This document shows, piece by piece, positions 29,461 to 37,329 of a DNA stretch of 64,000 bases (position 1 is the stretch's first letter; the number at the start of each line of letters is the position of its first letter). The position numbers were made by a program, and so were the translations under genes. The notes below the pieces were generated by a model. The model made no database searches. It was not told where the DNA came from and was given only the letters and a program-made list of their open reading frames with translations. Where the stretch lies: positions 248,001 through 312,000 of the IMG/VR virus record IMGVR_UViG_3300017917_003143. The stretch is one strand, 5' to 3'.

Positions 29461-29531
29461 TTCGCTTCGCTCATCTCTTAATAATACATTCATGAGCGAC
29501 AGCGAAATGAATAGAACTTCGTAGAAGTTCT
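29461..29531. other. Cluster of inverted repeats with GNA/GNNA DNA mini-hairpin motifs; possible origin or ssDNA signal
   Basis: TTCGCTTCGCTCAT (29461-74) pairs with ATGAGCGACAGCGAA (29492-506). GCGAAGC on the minus strand (29464-70), GCGACAGC on the plus strand (29496-503), AGAACTTC-GTA-GAAGTTCT (29513-31). Confidence 0.4.
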
Positions 29532-29540
29532 CAAAGTGTG

Positions 29541-29876
29541 TTATAGATTAGTATCTGGCCAATCACGGAACAGTGCGTGTTGTATATCGCCAGCAACGAA
29601 CTGATTGAATGACTTGTGTTTCTGTTCGAGTTCTCCTTCGAGTGGAGCAACACGACGGAATGCCTGATCCATTTGGCCCATGTTCCGGAACTCCATGAGT
29701 ATCATCCATTCTGGCATGTCAGCTATACTACGGAAGCCCATCTTGCAACGAGTAATCCTGTAGCTTTCCATCTTGCCCTCAGAAACTAAGTGATCAAAGA
29801 AGCTTTTCATGCCCGTGACCCAGTCTATGTCGCTGATGTCACCTTCTTTGTTGGCCCATATAGTGTAAATGTCCAT
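29541..29876 (-). CDS. Small alpha/beta-barrel-like protein, DUF6614-like
   Basis: 111 aa; the pattern FFDHLVSEGKMESYRITRCKMGF...ILMEFRNMGQMDQAF resembles DUF6614 (from recall); TAATG overlap with the upstream gene. Confidence 0.5.
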   Translation of the reverse strand: MDIYTIWANKEGDISDIDWVTGMKSFFDHLVSEGKMESYRITRCKMGFRSIADMPEWMILMEFRNMGQMDQAFRRVAPLEGELEQKHKSFNQFVAGDIQHALFRDWPDTNL

Positions 29877-30316
29877 TATGTCATCGGTCCTAAAATTTCA
29901 AATCCATCTATCTCTTTCTTGTAGAGATGTGCTTGCTCGAGATAGAGATAGTCAAACCCCCGGGCTTTGTAGATAGCACACTCTGTTTTCATTGTTTCAA
30001 TGCCCAGTCTTGCTCGAGGATCGTGATAGGTCCAAGCAAATTGGGCACATTCGGCATTGCGATCATCATAGCGTTTGATCAAGCTGAATGCTACCATGCG
30101 TCCTTGGTCAAAATATCCAATCACATCAGTCATTGGATCAGTGTAGCGACTACGGAACATAGGCATCACACTTGCAAAGTGTTTGTAGATGCAATAAGTC
30201 CTGTAGATCTCGTCCAGCTCGACCATCTGCTCTTCAGTGGGTATGAGGTATCCCCATTCCACTGTTGGCTCGTAATTGGTTTTTGCCAAGTTAATCCTTG
30301 CAAATTGATAGCTCAC
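29876..30316 (-). CDS. ATE_C/Bpt-like aminoacyl-tRNA-protein transferase domain protein (GNAT/FemABX fold)
   Basis: IYRTYCIYKH, GRMVAFS, RLG, GFDYLYL and YK..E.L align by eye to the bacterial Bpt C-domain consensus LYxxYxxxRH...GKLVAV...SLG...GLPYLYLG...YK. Confidence 0.6.
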   Translation of the reverse strand: MSYQFARINLAKTNYEPTVEWGYLIPTEEQMVELDEIYRTYCIYKHFASVMPMFRSRYTDPMTDVIGYFDQGRMVAFSLIKRYDDRNAECAQFAWTYHDPRARLGIETMKTECAIYKARGFDYLYLEQAHLYKKEIDGFEILGPMT

Positions 30317-30819
30317 TGGCGCGGATCCTTTCTGTGATTAAACAACACCTTTAGATAGTTTTCGGGCCAGGAGTCATAGAATCCTTGGCGTGCCATGAGC
30401 CGGGCTTTTTGATCCAAGTCACTGACACTTTGTACCAATGCTATAGCGTATGTTCCTTGATTCATAGGAACACCGTTGACTATTTCAGGATCTTGCGGGT
30501 GGTCTTCAAGCACTATGAGATCTTTGGCTAGCAAAAATTCTGTGTTGGCATACTCTAATGCTTGATGGAAATCTTCATAATTCCAGTGATCGGCATCGTA
30601 CACCAGCATCACCACTTTTTTGTCACCCAGGCCACTCAGCGCCAGTTGCATAAGATCCAGTATTGGATTGATGCCTATCTGTATCCTGTACTCGTTGTTG
30701 ATCCTGGCTTGCCGTGCATATGGGCAAGGTGGCCAGCCGCCCAGAGCAGGGTGTGGAACTTCAACAAAGCCCACGATCCATGATTCTATATCTTGGCGGA
30801 CACGATCAATATCTAACAT
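30313..30819 (-). CDS. DUF1415-like protein
   Basis: IESWIVGFVE...PCPYARQA and LEDHP resemble the DUF1415 W...CPFA and FHP motifs; TAATG-coupled to the gp51-like gene. Confidence 0.55.
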   Translation of the reverse strand: MLDIDRVRQDIESWIVGFVEVPHPALGGWPPCPYARQARINNEYRIQIGINPILDLMQLALSGLGDKKVVMLVYDADHWNYEDFHQALEYANTEFLLAKDLIVLEDHPQDPEIVNGVPMNQGTYAIALVQSVSDLDQKARLMARQGFYDSWPENYLKVLFNHRKDPRQ

Positions 30820-31031
30820 TAGTAAAAAGGTAATCCAGATTTTTTGGTTGTTTCAAGATTGTCCTTGATGATAGCACCCACGATGTTGCGTTCTGCAACG
30901 CTGAGATTCATGCCTTCTTCGTATGTTACGCCTCCTCGCATGTACCAACACATTTTAAGAACATCTTCTCTGATACTGGCTACTTCTTTGTCTTGCTGTT
31001 CAATGAGTTTGGCAATGCCTTCAGGACTCAT
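30819..31031 (-). CDS. Small baseplate hub assembly protein (gp51-like), 70 aa
   Basis: MSPEGIAK...LKMCWYMRGGVTYEEGMNLSVAERNIV; ATG 2 nt after the gp26-like stop, so the start is moved from the track's 31115. Confidence 0.55.
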   Translation of the reverse strand: MSPEGIAKLIEQQDKEVASIREDVLKMCWYMRGGVTYEEGMNLSVAERNIVGAIIKDNLETTKKSGLPFY

Positions 31032-31033
31032 GG

Positions 31034-31882
31034 TCAGGAGGCGGATGCGAAAAAATTTGAAACGTCCAATGTAAACGGAGTTTCGTACTGCTGTTGGCAT
31101 TCGTGATTTTGGCAAACGATCTTGATGGGCTTGAGTTCACTTTGATCTTTAAGACTCACGATATGATCGCGGATTTTCTGGAAAACTTCACGTGAGCAAT
31201 TTTTAACAAATTCTTGTATGTACTCAGGCTCTATGACCATTTCTTGGCCCACACGGATCATGGAGATACTTTGCGCTATCGCGCTCATGGTCATTTCGCT
31301 GAGCTTGATAAATGCCGCATTGATGCGTTTGATTTTTTCAGTTTCATTGAGAGTCGATTCGGGCAACATTTCCAATAACTTCTGATCTTCAAACTGCATG
31401 ACAGAATTCTGTGTTGACTCTTCATAACTGAGCGGACGGAAAAATACTTCAAGATCACTAGTGCTAACAGATTCGCTGTAGTCTGGCATTTTGAGGCCCT
31501 CTAACACAGTGCGCAAATCAAGACCAAATGTGTTTTCGTTTTGGCAATGTGGACAAGTGCTGTCAAACTGTAATTCATGACCAGCACTGGCAATACGGAT
31601 AGCCACTAACAACGTGTCCATGTCAATGGCTGGTATTTTCCAAGGATCTCGTATGGCAGGAATACAACTCTTGATGACATTGACCACAGCTGAACCATTG
31701 AACAATGCATCTGCTGTTCGGTATGTGATTTCATCCATGGCAGTCATTGGGTAGACTGGTAATTCTCTGTTGGGCGGCATGTCCAACACTCCGTCGGGAT
31801 AGAAATTGCCATCACTGGGCAATTTGATGTAAATGGCCGGTTGACGGAAGAATCGGCGTAGTGGGTTGGCATTATCTGGCAT
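31034..31882 (-). CDS. gp26: Baseplate hub subunit, gp26-like
   Basis: NPLRRFFRQPAIYIKLPS...PMTAMDE...IPAIDMDTLLVAIRIAS...CPHC and a C-terminal CQNHEC; ATG 31882 follows an AAGGA Shine-Dalgarno. Confidence 0.75.
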   Translation of the reverse strand: MPDNANPLRRFFRQPAIYIKLPSDGNFYPDGVLDMPPNRELPVYPMTAMDEITYRTADALFNGSAVVNVIKSCIPAIRDPWKIPAIDMDTLLVAIRIASAGHELQFDSTCPHCQNENTFGLDLRTVLEGLKMPDYSESVSTSDLEVFFRPLSYEESTQNSVMQFEDQKLLEMLPESTLNETEKIKRINAAFIKLSEMTMSAIAQSISMIRVGQEMVIEPEYIQEFVKNCSREVFQKIRDHIVSLKDQSELKPIKIVCQNHECQQQYETPFTLDVSNFFASAS

Positions 31883-31934
31883 GTTTTTCCTTACCATAAA
31901 TATTTGGATACAACCTTACTTATCGGCGTAGATT

Positions 31935-34331
31935 ATGGCAGATTTAGAAAATTCCAGCGAACTGTTGCGACAATCCTTAGATGAATTGCGCAAAACCGGC
32001 ATGCTCACTGCCAGCACGTTGGACAAGCTAAATGCAGCCGCTAAAAAAAGCACCAAAGATGTCAAGGATCTTGGAGAAACTACCAAAGAAACTGCCGGTG
32101 ACGTTGACGACTTTGGAAAGACACTGACCAAAGTCACTCGTGCGCTGATTGATTCTACAGGTGCTATAAGAGAAAACAGAGAAGATTTCCGCAGTCTCAA
32201 CCCGGCTATCAGAGCATCAGGTATAGCAGTAGGTGCGGCTGGTCGCAAGTTTGGAGATGCGATCAGTGGTGTTGGTGATGCCATCTCTGGCCTTAGTTTA
32301 TTTTTGGGCCCCAAAGGCAAACTGATTGGTATCCTGGGCGGTGGCTTATTGTCCGGCCTAGGCAAAGCAGTAGGAGCCAGTTCGGATGCGGCCGCACAAT
32401 TGGCCGTGCAGTTTGGAGAATTTGCCACAGGTGAATTACAAAATGTAGTCAATGCATATCGTCAAGTGGGAGCAGTGGGCGCGATATCTGCCGGTGGAAT
32501 GACACAGCTCTATGATCAAGCCATTGCTGCCGGACTGAGCATTGGACAGTTCAGCAAAATCATAGCTGAAAACAGCGAGACACTGGCCAAAGCAACTGGT
32601 AGCACTGCCGAAGGTGCCAAGGTGTTGGCACAAATCGCCAATGTCGGTGACGCCACACAAAAACAATTTTTAGCTCTAGGCATATCAGTTGAACAGACTA
32701 GAGAGTTCCAAGCCAAATTCCTAGAACAAAATCGAGTCACTGGTCGTATCGCCATCGGCGATACCAAAGCACTGACAGAAGCCAGCAAAGCATACATTTT
32801 CCAACTGGATGAGTTGGCCCGAATCACAGGATTGAGTAGAGAACAAGCTCAAAAATTATACGACGAACAAAATAGAAACATAAGATTCCGTGCCAGTGTG
32901 CGCATGGCCGAACGAGAATTTGGACCAGCCGCGGCACAAGCCATGAGAGATTCTGTGGCTGTGATCAGTACTGTGAACAAGCAGTTTGGTCAAGGTTTCG
33001 CTGACCTTATGGGTCCTGGTGGCGCCTCAACAGAAGCCGCTAAGAACCTGCAGATAGCTACAGGTAATGCTGCCAAAGGCATCGCTGACATGGTGCGCAC
33101 CGGACAGATCACTGCGGATCAAGGTGCGGCTATGATCCGTCAAGCCATTAGAAACAAGATGGAAGGCCTGGGCGGAGACACATATTTGGGTCTGGTAGGC
33201 GGTGTTGAAGGGCCAATGAAGGATCTGCTGTTGGGCATGGATGACATAGCCATAGCCAACAATCTCAACGTTGAAGAGATGAAAAAGGCTCGTCAAGGTA
33301 GCATAGATGCCAGAAAAGCTGAAGATAAAAATACTCAACAGGTCATTGATGCACAGTTAGCACTGCAAAAAATGGCAGTGGAACTTGACAAGATAGTCAG
33401 AGATAAAATATTACCTCATGCAGCCACGGCTGTTAAAACATTCACAGAAACATTGTTGTCGTCGGTCGACTACATCAATGAAAAATTAGGTATTAAACCT
33501 GCTGGAGGTGGTGGTGCAGGCGGAGGTGGTGGAGGTGGCGGCCCAGCAGGTCGCGGAACCGGAACAACACAAGCACCTGCCACAGGTATAGGCGGTGCTG
33601 GTGCACCAACACCTGAAGCCGCCGGAACGTTGGGCGCAATTAGAACACTGATTGGAAAAGCAGAAAGCGGAGGCAACTATAACATATTGGTTGGCGGTAA
33701 AAAGGCCGATTTAACAAATATGACGTTGGCAGAAGTTTACGACTTGCAGAAAAAAATGATGCAACGTGGCAGTGGATTTGAAAGCACTGCGGTGGGCAAG
33801 TATCAAATGCTGTATGGCACACTAAGGAGTACAGCAAACAAACTTGGACTCGATCCAGCCACTACCAAGTTTGACCAAGCTACCCAAGATAGATTAGCAG
33901 ACGAACTGATCGTCAGCAATGCCGGTTATAACAAATATTCATCAGGTGCTATCAGCAAAGAACGATTCCTTTACAATCTTTCTGCTATCTGGGCAGGCTT
34001 ACCAAAAGATGCCAGCGGTGTCAGCTATCACAAAGGAGTGGGTTCTAACAAAGCCACTGTGGGCTGGGAAGAAGCCATGGGCAGTTTTGCCTATGGTGGC
34101 ATCAGCTCAGGACCAAAGTCGGGTTACATGAGCATGTTGCACGGCACCGAAGCAGTGATTCCACTGCCAGGCGGTCGCAGTATTCCTGTGGAAATGAACG
34201 GGGTTACAGACAAGATTGGCGAACAAGTCACTATGATGAGTGCCCAGTTAGATCGATTAGATGAAATGGTTAGTTTGATGAAAACCAACAACGACGTCAA
34301 CACAAAGATACTTCGCGCCCAGCAAAGTTAG
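31935..34331 (+). CDS. Tape-measure-like protein with a C-terminal lysozyme (lambda-lysozyme/GH104-like) domain
   Basis: Ala/Gly-rich helical N-terminal about 520 aa, a poly-Gly linker, then KAESGGNYN...STAVGKYQMLYGTL...FDQATQDRLA. Confidence 0.7.
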   Translation: MADLENSSELLRQSLDELRKTGMLTASTLDKLNAAAKKSTKDVKDLGETTKETAGDVDDFGKTLTKVTRALIDSTGAIRENREDFRSLNPAIRASGIAVGAAGRKFGDAISGVGDAISGLSLFLGPKGKLIGILGGGLLSGLGKAVGASSDAAAQLAVQFGEFATGELQNVVNAYRQVGAVGAISAGGMTQLYDQAIAAGLSIGQFSKIIAENSETLAKATGSTAEGAKVLAQIANVGDATQKQFLALGISVEQTREFQAKFLEQNRVTGRIAIGDTKALTEASKAYIFQLDELARITGLSREQAQKLYDEQNRNIRFRASVRMAEREFGPAAAQAMRDSVAVISTVNKQFGQGFADLMGPGGASTEAAKNLQIATGNAAKGIADMVRTGQITADQGAAMIRQAIRNKMEGLGGDTYLGLVGGVEGPMKDLLLGMDDIAIANNLNVEEMKKARQGSIDARKAEDKNTQQVIDAQLALQKMAVELDKIVRDKILPHAATAVKTFTETLLSSVDYINEKLGIKPAGGGGAGGGGGGGGPAGRGTGTTQAPATGIGGAGAPTPEAAGTLGAIRTLIGKAESGGNYNILVGGKKADLTNMTLAEVYDLQKKMMQRGSGFESTAVGKYQMLYGTLRSTANKLGLDPATTKFDQATQDRLADELIVSNAGYNKYSSGAISKERFLYNLSAIWAGLPKDASGVSYHKGVGSNKATVGWEEAMGSFAYGGISSGPKSGYMSMLHGTEAVIPLPGGRSIPVEMNGVTDKIGEQVTMMSAQLDRLDEMVSLMKTNNDVNTKILRAQQS

Positions 34332-34334
34332 CGG

Positions 34335-34340
34335 TAAATA
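34335..34340 (+). promoter_or_regulatory. Late promoter TAAATA before the portal gene; representative of the plus-strand copies
   Basis: The same motif or TAAGTA occurs at 31897, 36130, 36437, 40338, 40845, 41911, 43461, 44862, 49524, 53173, 56881 and 63439; resembles the T4 gp55 promoter TATAAATA. Confidence 0.8.
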
Positions 34341-34347
34341 ATACACT

Positions 34348-36129
34348 ATGTCATGGAAAAAATATTTCAAAGTGGCCAACGTTTCGGGCCAGATGAGCCC
34401 TATTTCGGGCAACATACCCCGAGGGCCAAACTACGGCACAGGATACGGAACAGACGGTCAAGCACAGACTGAATTCTCCTTCCGCAACTACGCCAGCCGA
34501 CTGCCTGAAGTATATACAGGGCATCCCAATCGTTTGGAACGCTACAACCAATACGAAAACATGGACGGCGATTCAGAAATCAATGCCTGCCTTGACATTT
34601 TGGCCGAATTCAGCACACAGACCTGTGAATCAAACGGTACACCATTTGAGATAGATTTCAAAGAAAAACCCACAGATCACGAAGTAGACATCATCAAAAA
34701 ACAGCTACAGCAGTGGGTCAAACTAAACAAATTAGATCAACGTGTGTTTAAAATTTTCCGCAACACCATCAAGTATGGTGATCAGGTATTTGTGCGTGAT
34801 CCAGAGACATTTGAGATGTACTGGGTGGACATGACCAAAGTGGCCCGAGTGATCGTCAATGAGTCTGAAGGCAAACGTCCTGAGCAGTATGTTATCCGTG
34901 ACATCAATCCCAATTTCCAGAGTCTGAGCATCGCTGCCAAGACTACAAATGATTACAACACACAACCACCATCGGGCGGTTATTCAGCACCCTACAATTA
35001 CACAGCACCCAACGCACCTAACTCGTCGGGGCAGAGCCGTTTCCAGAAGTCTGTGAACGAAACCTGTATCGATGCCAAGCACGTGGTGCATCTCAGTCTG
35101 AGTGAAGGTCTTGATTACTACTGGCCATTTGGACAATCTATCCTGGAGATGATTTTCAAAGTTTTCAAACAGAAAGAACTGCTTGAAGATGCTATCCTGA
35201 TCTATCGTGTGCAACGTGCTCCAGAGCGCAGAGTATTCAAGATTGACGTGGGCAACATGCCTAGCCACTTGGCTATGCAGTTTGTTGAGCGTGTAAAAAA
35301 CGAAATACATCAACGCCGTATTCCTAACCAAACAGGTGGTAGCGCCAATATCATGGATGCTACATATAACCCACTGTCGATCAACGAAGACTACTTCTTT
35401 CCACAGACAGCTGACGGACGTGGATCATCAGTTGAAACCCTGCCCGGTGGTGAAAACTTAGGTCAGATTGATGACTTGAAATATTTCAACAACAAGATGT
35501 GCCGTGGTCTGCGTGTGCCCAGCAGTTACTTGCCCACAGGGCCAGATGATTCAGATCGTCCTATGAATGACGGTCGTGTTGGCACAGCACTCATACAAGA
35601 ATACCGCTTTAATCAGTACTGTGAGCGTTTACAGCGCCAGATTTGCCAGAAACTGGATGATGAATTCAAGATGTTCCTGCGCTGGAGAGGCTTTAACATT
35701 GACGCTGGTTTGTTTAATATTGAGTTTGCACCGCCACAAAATTTTGCCAGTTATCGTCAAGCAGAACTGGATACCACACGTATGACAGCGTTCCAGGGCT
35801 TGGAACAGTTGCCGTATATGAGCAAGCGTTTCTTGATGAAACGTTATCTTGGACTCAGCGAAGAAGAGATCAACGACAACGAACAGCTTTGGAAAGAAGA
35901 ACGCGATCAACCCGACTTACAAACACAAAGCGGCCAGGATTTGCGTTCAGTTGGTATTAGCCCTGCAGACATTGAAGCAGATATTGGCGCTGGCGAAGAA
36001 ATTGCTGCCGCTGGTGGGTCACCCGAAGGTGGTATCATGCCACCAGGTGGTGCCGCTCCTGTAGAGCCTGGCAGTGCCGCAGCCGGTGCTGGTCCTGCAG
36101 GTGGTGCCGCTCCTGTTCCAACAATCTAA
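34348..36129 (+). CDS. gp20: Portal protein
   Basis: LLEDAILIYRVQRAPERRVFKIDVGNMP...EDYFFPQTADGRGSSVETLPGGENLGQIDDLKYF is the gp20 signature. Confidence 0.96.
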   Translation: MSWKKYFKVANVSGQMSPISGNIPRGPNYGTGYGTDGQAQTEFSFRNYASRLPEVYTGHPNRLERYNQYENMDGDSEINACLDILAEFSTQTCESNGTPFEIDFKEKPTDHEVDIIKKQLQQWVKLNKLDQRVFKIFRNTIKYGDQVFVRDPETFEMYWVDMTKVARVIVNESEGKRPEQYVIRDINPNFQSLSIAAKTTNDYNTQPPSGGYSAPYNYTAPNAPNSSGQSRFQKSVNETCIDAKHVVHLSLSEGLDYYWPFGQSILEMIFKVFKQKELLEDAILIYRVQRAPERRVFKIDVGNMPSHLAMQFVERVKNEIHQRRIPNQTGGSANIMDATYNPLSINEDYFFPQTADGRGSSVETLPGGENLGQIDDLKYFNNKMCRGLRVPSSYLPTGPDDSDRPMNDGRVGTALIQEYRFNQYCERLQRQICQKLDDEFKMFLRWRGFNIDAGLFNIEFAPPQNFASYRQAELDTTRMTAFQGLEQLPYMSKRFLMKRYLGLSEEEINDNEQLWKEERDQPDLQTQSGQDLRSVGISPADIEADIGAGEEIAAAGGSPEGGIMPPGGAAPVEPGSAAAGAGPAGGAAPVPTI

Positions 36130-36140
36130 TAAATAATATT

Positions 36141-36359
36141 ATGTTGCTACTTGAGTTTTTCCATAAAGATCCTGCAGGTTATCAAGACGTTGAAGATGAT
36201 AACTCACAGCCTCAGCTTGGCCAACTGCGCAAGACAAAACTCACACTACGCCAGATCAACAAACTGCGTAGAATGAATGATGTGCGTACCTTTGAGTACA
36301 AAGAAAAACTCAAAGATGTGCGCAAGCAATATCAACCACCTGCCGCACCAGCACTGTAA
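36141..36359 (+). CDS. Small head-module protein, function unknown
   Basis: 72 aa between portal and core genes; has its own TAAATA motif 5 nt upstream. Confidence 0.65.
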   Translation: MLLLEFFHKDPAGYQDVEDDNSQPQLGQLRKTKLTLRQINKLRRMNDVRTFEYKEKLKDVRKQYQPPAAPAL

Positions 36360-36472
36360 AGCAGGTCTTATCTCGGTAGAATGTTCATTTTCTACCACTT
36401 TTACCCCATAAACCGCATAGATTTTGACGTGTGTCGTAAATATCACACAGAGCCATAACTTGGAGGAACCTC

Positions 36473-37312
36473 ATGAACAAATTTGAACAGCTCATTGAAT
36501 ACGTTATCAACGACGAAGAGCAAAAAGCTCGCGATCTTTTCCACGAGATCGTAGTTGAAAAAAGCCGCGGCATCTATGAAGAATTGATGGCCGAGGAAGA
36601 AATTGAAGAAGCCAAAGACGAAGAAGAACTCGACGAAGCCAAAGACGAAGAATCTGATGAAGAAGAACTCGATGAAGCCAAGGACGAGGAAGAACTCGAC
36701 GAAAGCATGATGGGTGAGATGGGCGGCGATCAAGCCGACGATCTTATTGACGACATTGAAACCGAAGAACAAGGTCTTTCAATGGAAGGCGAAGACGAAA
36801 TGGCCGACGAAGAAGGCGGCGAAGATCTTGAAGATCGCGTAGTTGATCTTGAAGACAAACTTGACGAACTCATGGCAGAATTTGAAGCTCTTATGGGCGA
36901 CGAAGGCCAAGAGGGCGAAGACGAAATGGACATTGAAGTTGGTAGCGACGACGTCGAAACCGACGGCATGGGCGCTGGTGAAGAAGAAGAAATGGATTCT
37001 GAATTTGAAACCATGGAAGGTACTGAACTTGAAGAAGCTATCAATTTGAAAGCCGCTCCTGCTCCAGTTAAGTCTGAAGAAGGTAATATCAACAAGAAAT
37101 CTACTGTTGCAGCCAACAGTGGTGCAAAGGGCATGGATGGTAAGCCTGTAATGAGCGCAGACACACCTGAAAAAGGTCGTCCTGCTCCTACAGCCAAAGA
37201 CTTGATTAGCGATGTGCAAAATGCTCCAGCAAAGAGCACAGTTAAACAAGGTCCTGCTACCAAGCCACATTTAGCACAGGCTACTGGTGTAAACACCAAG
37301 AGCCCTTACTAA
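36473..37312 (+). CDS. Highly acidic prohead core/internal protein (gp67/gp68 positional analogue)
   Basis: Very E/D-rich with LDEAKDEEE repeats; GGAGG Shine-Dalgarno; immediately upstream of gp21. Confidence 0.65.
   Translation: MNKFEQLIEYVINDEEQKARDLFHEIVVEKSRGIYEELMAEEEIEEAKDEEELDEAKDEESDEEELDEAKDEEELDESMMGEMGGDQADDLIDDIETEEQGLSMEGEDEMADEEGGEDLEDRVVDLEDKLDELMAEFEALMGDEGQEGEDEMDIEVGSDDVETDGMGAGEEEEMDSEFETMEGTELEEAINLKAAPAPVKSEEGNINKKSTVAANSGAKGMDGKPVMSADTPEKGRPAPTAKDLISDVQNAPAKSTVKQGPATKPHLAQATGVNTKSPY
36608..36703 (+). repeat. About 3 imperfect copies of a 27-bp unit encoding EAKDEEELD
   Basis: gaagccaaagacgaagaagaactcgac and variants, read directly from the sequence. Confidence 0.8.
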
Positions 37313-37329
37313 TAGGTTAGTTCAAGGTT

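Noticed and set aside
36375-36400. GGTAGAA/TTCTACC hairpin as a terminator
   Set aside because: The stem is weak and the U-tract is interrupted; not enough to call.
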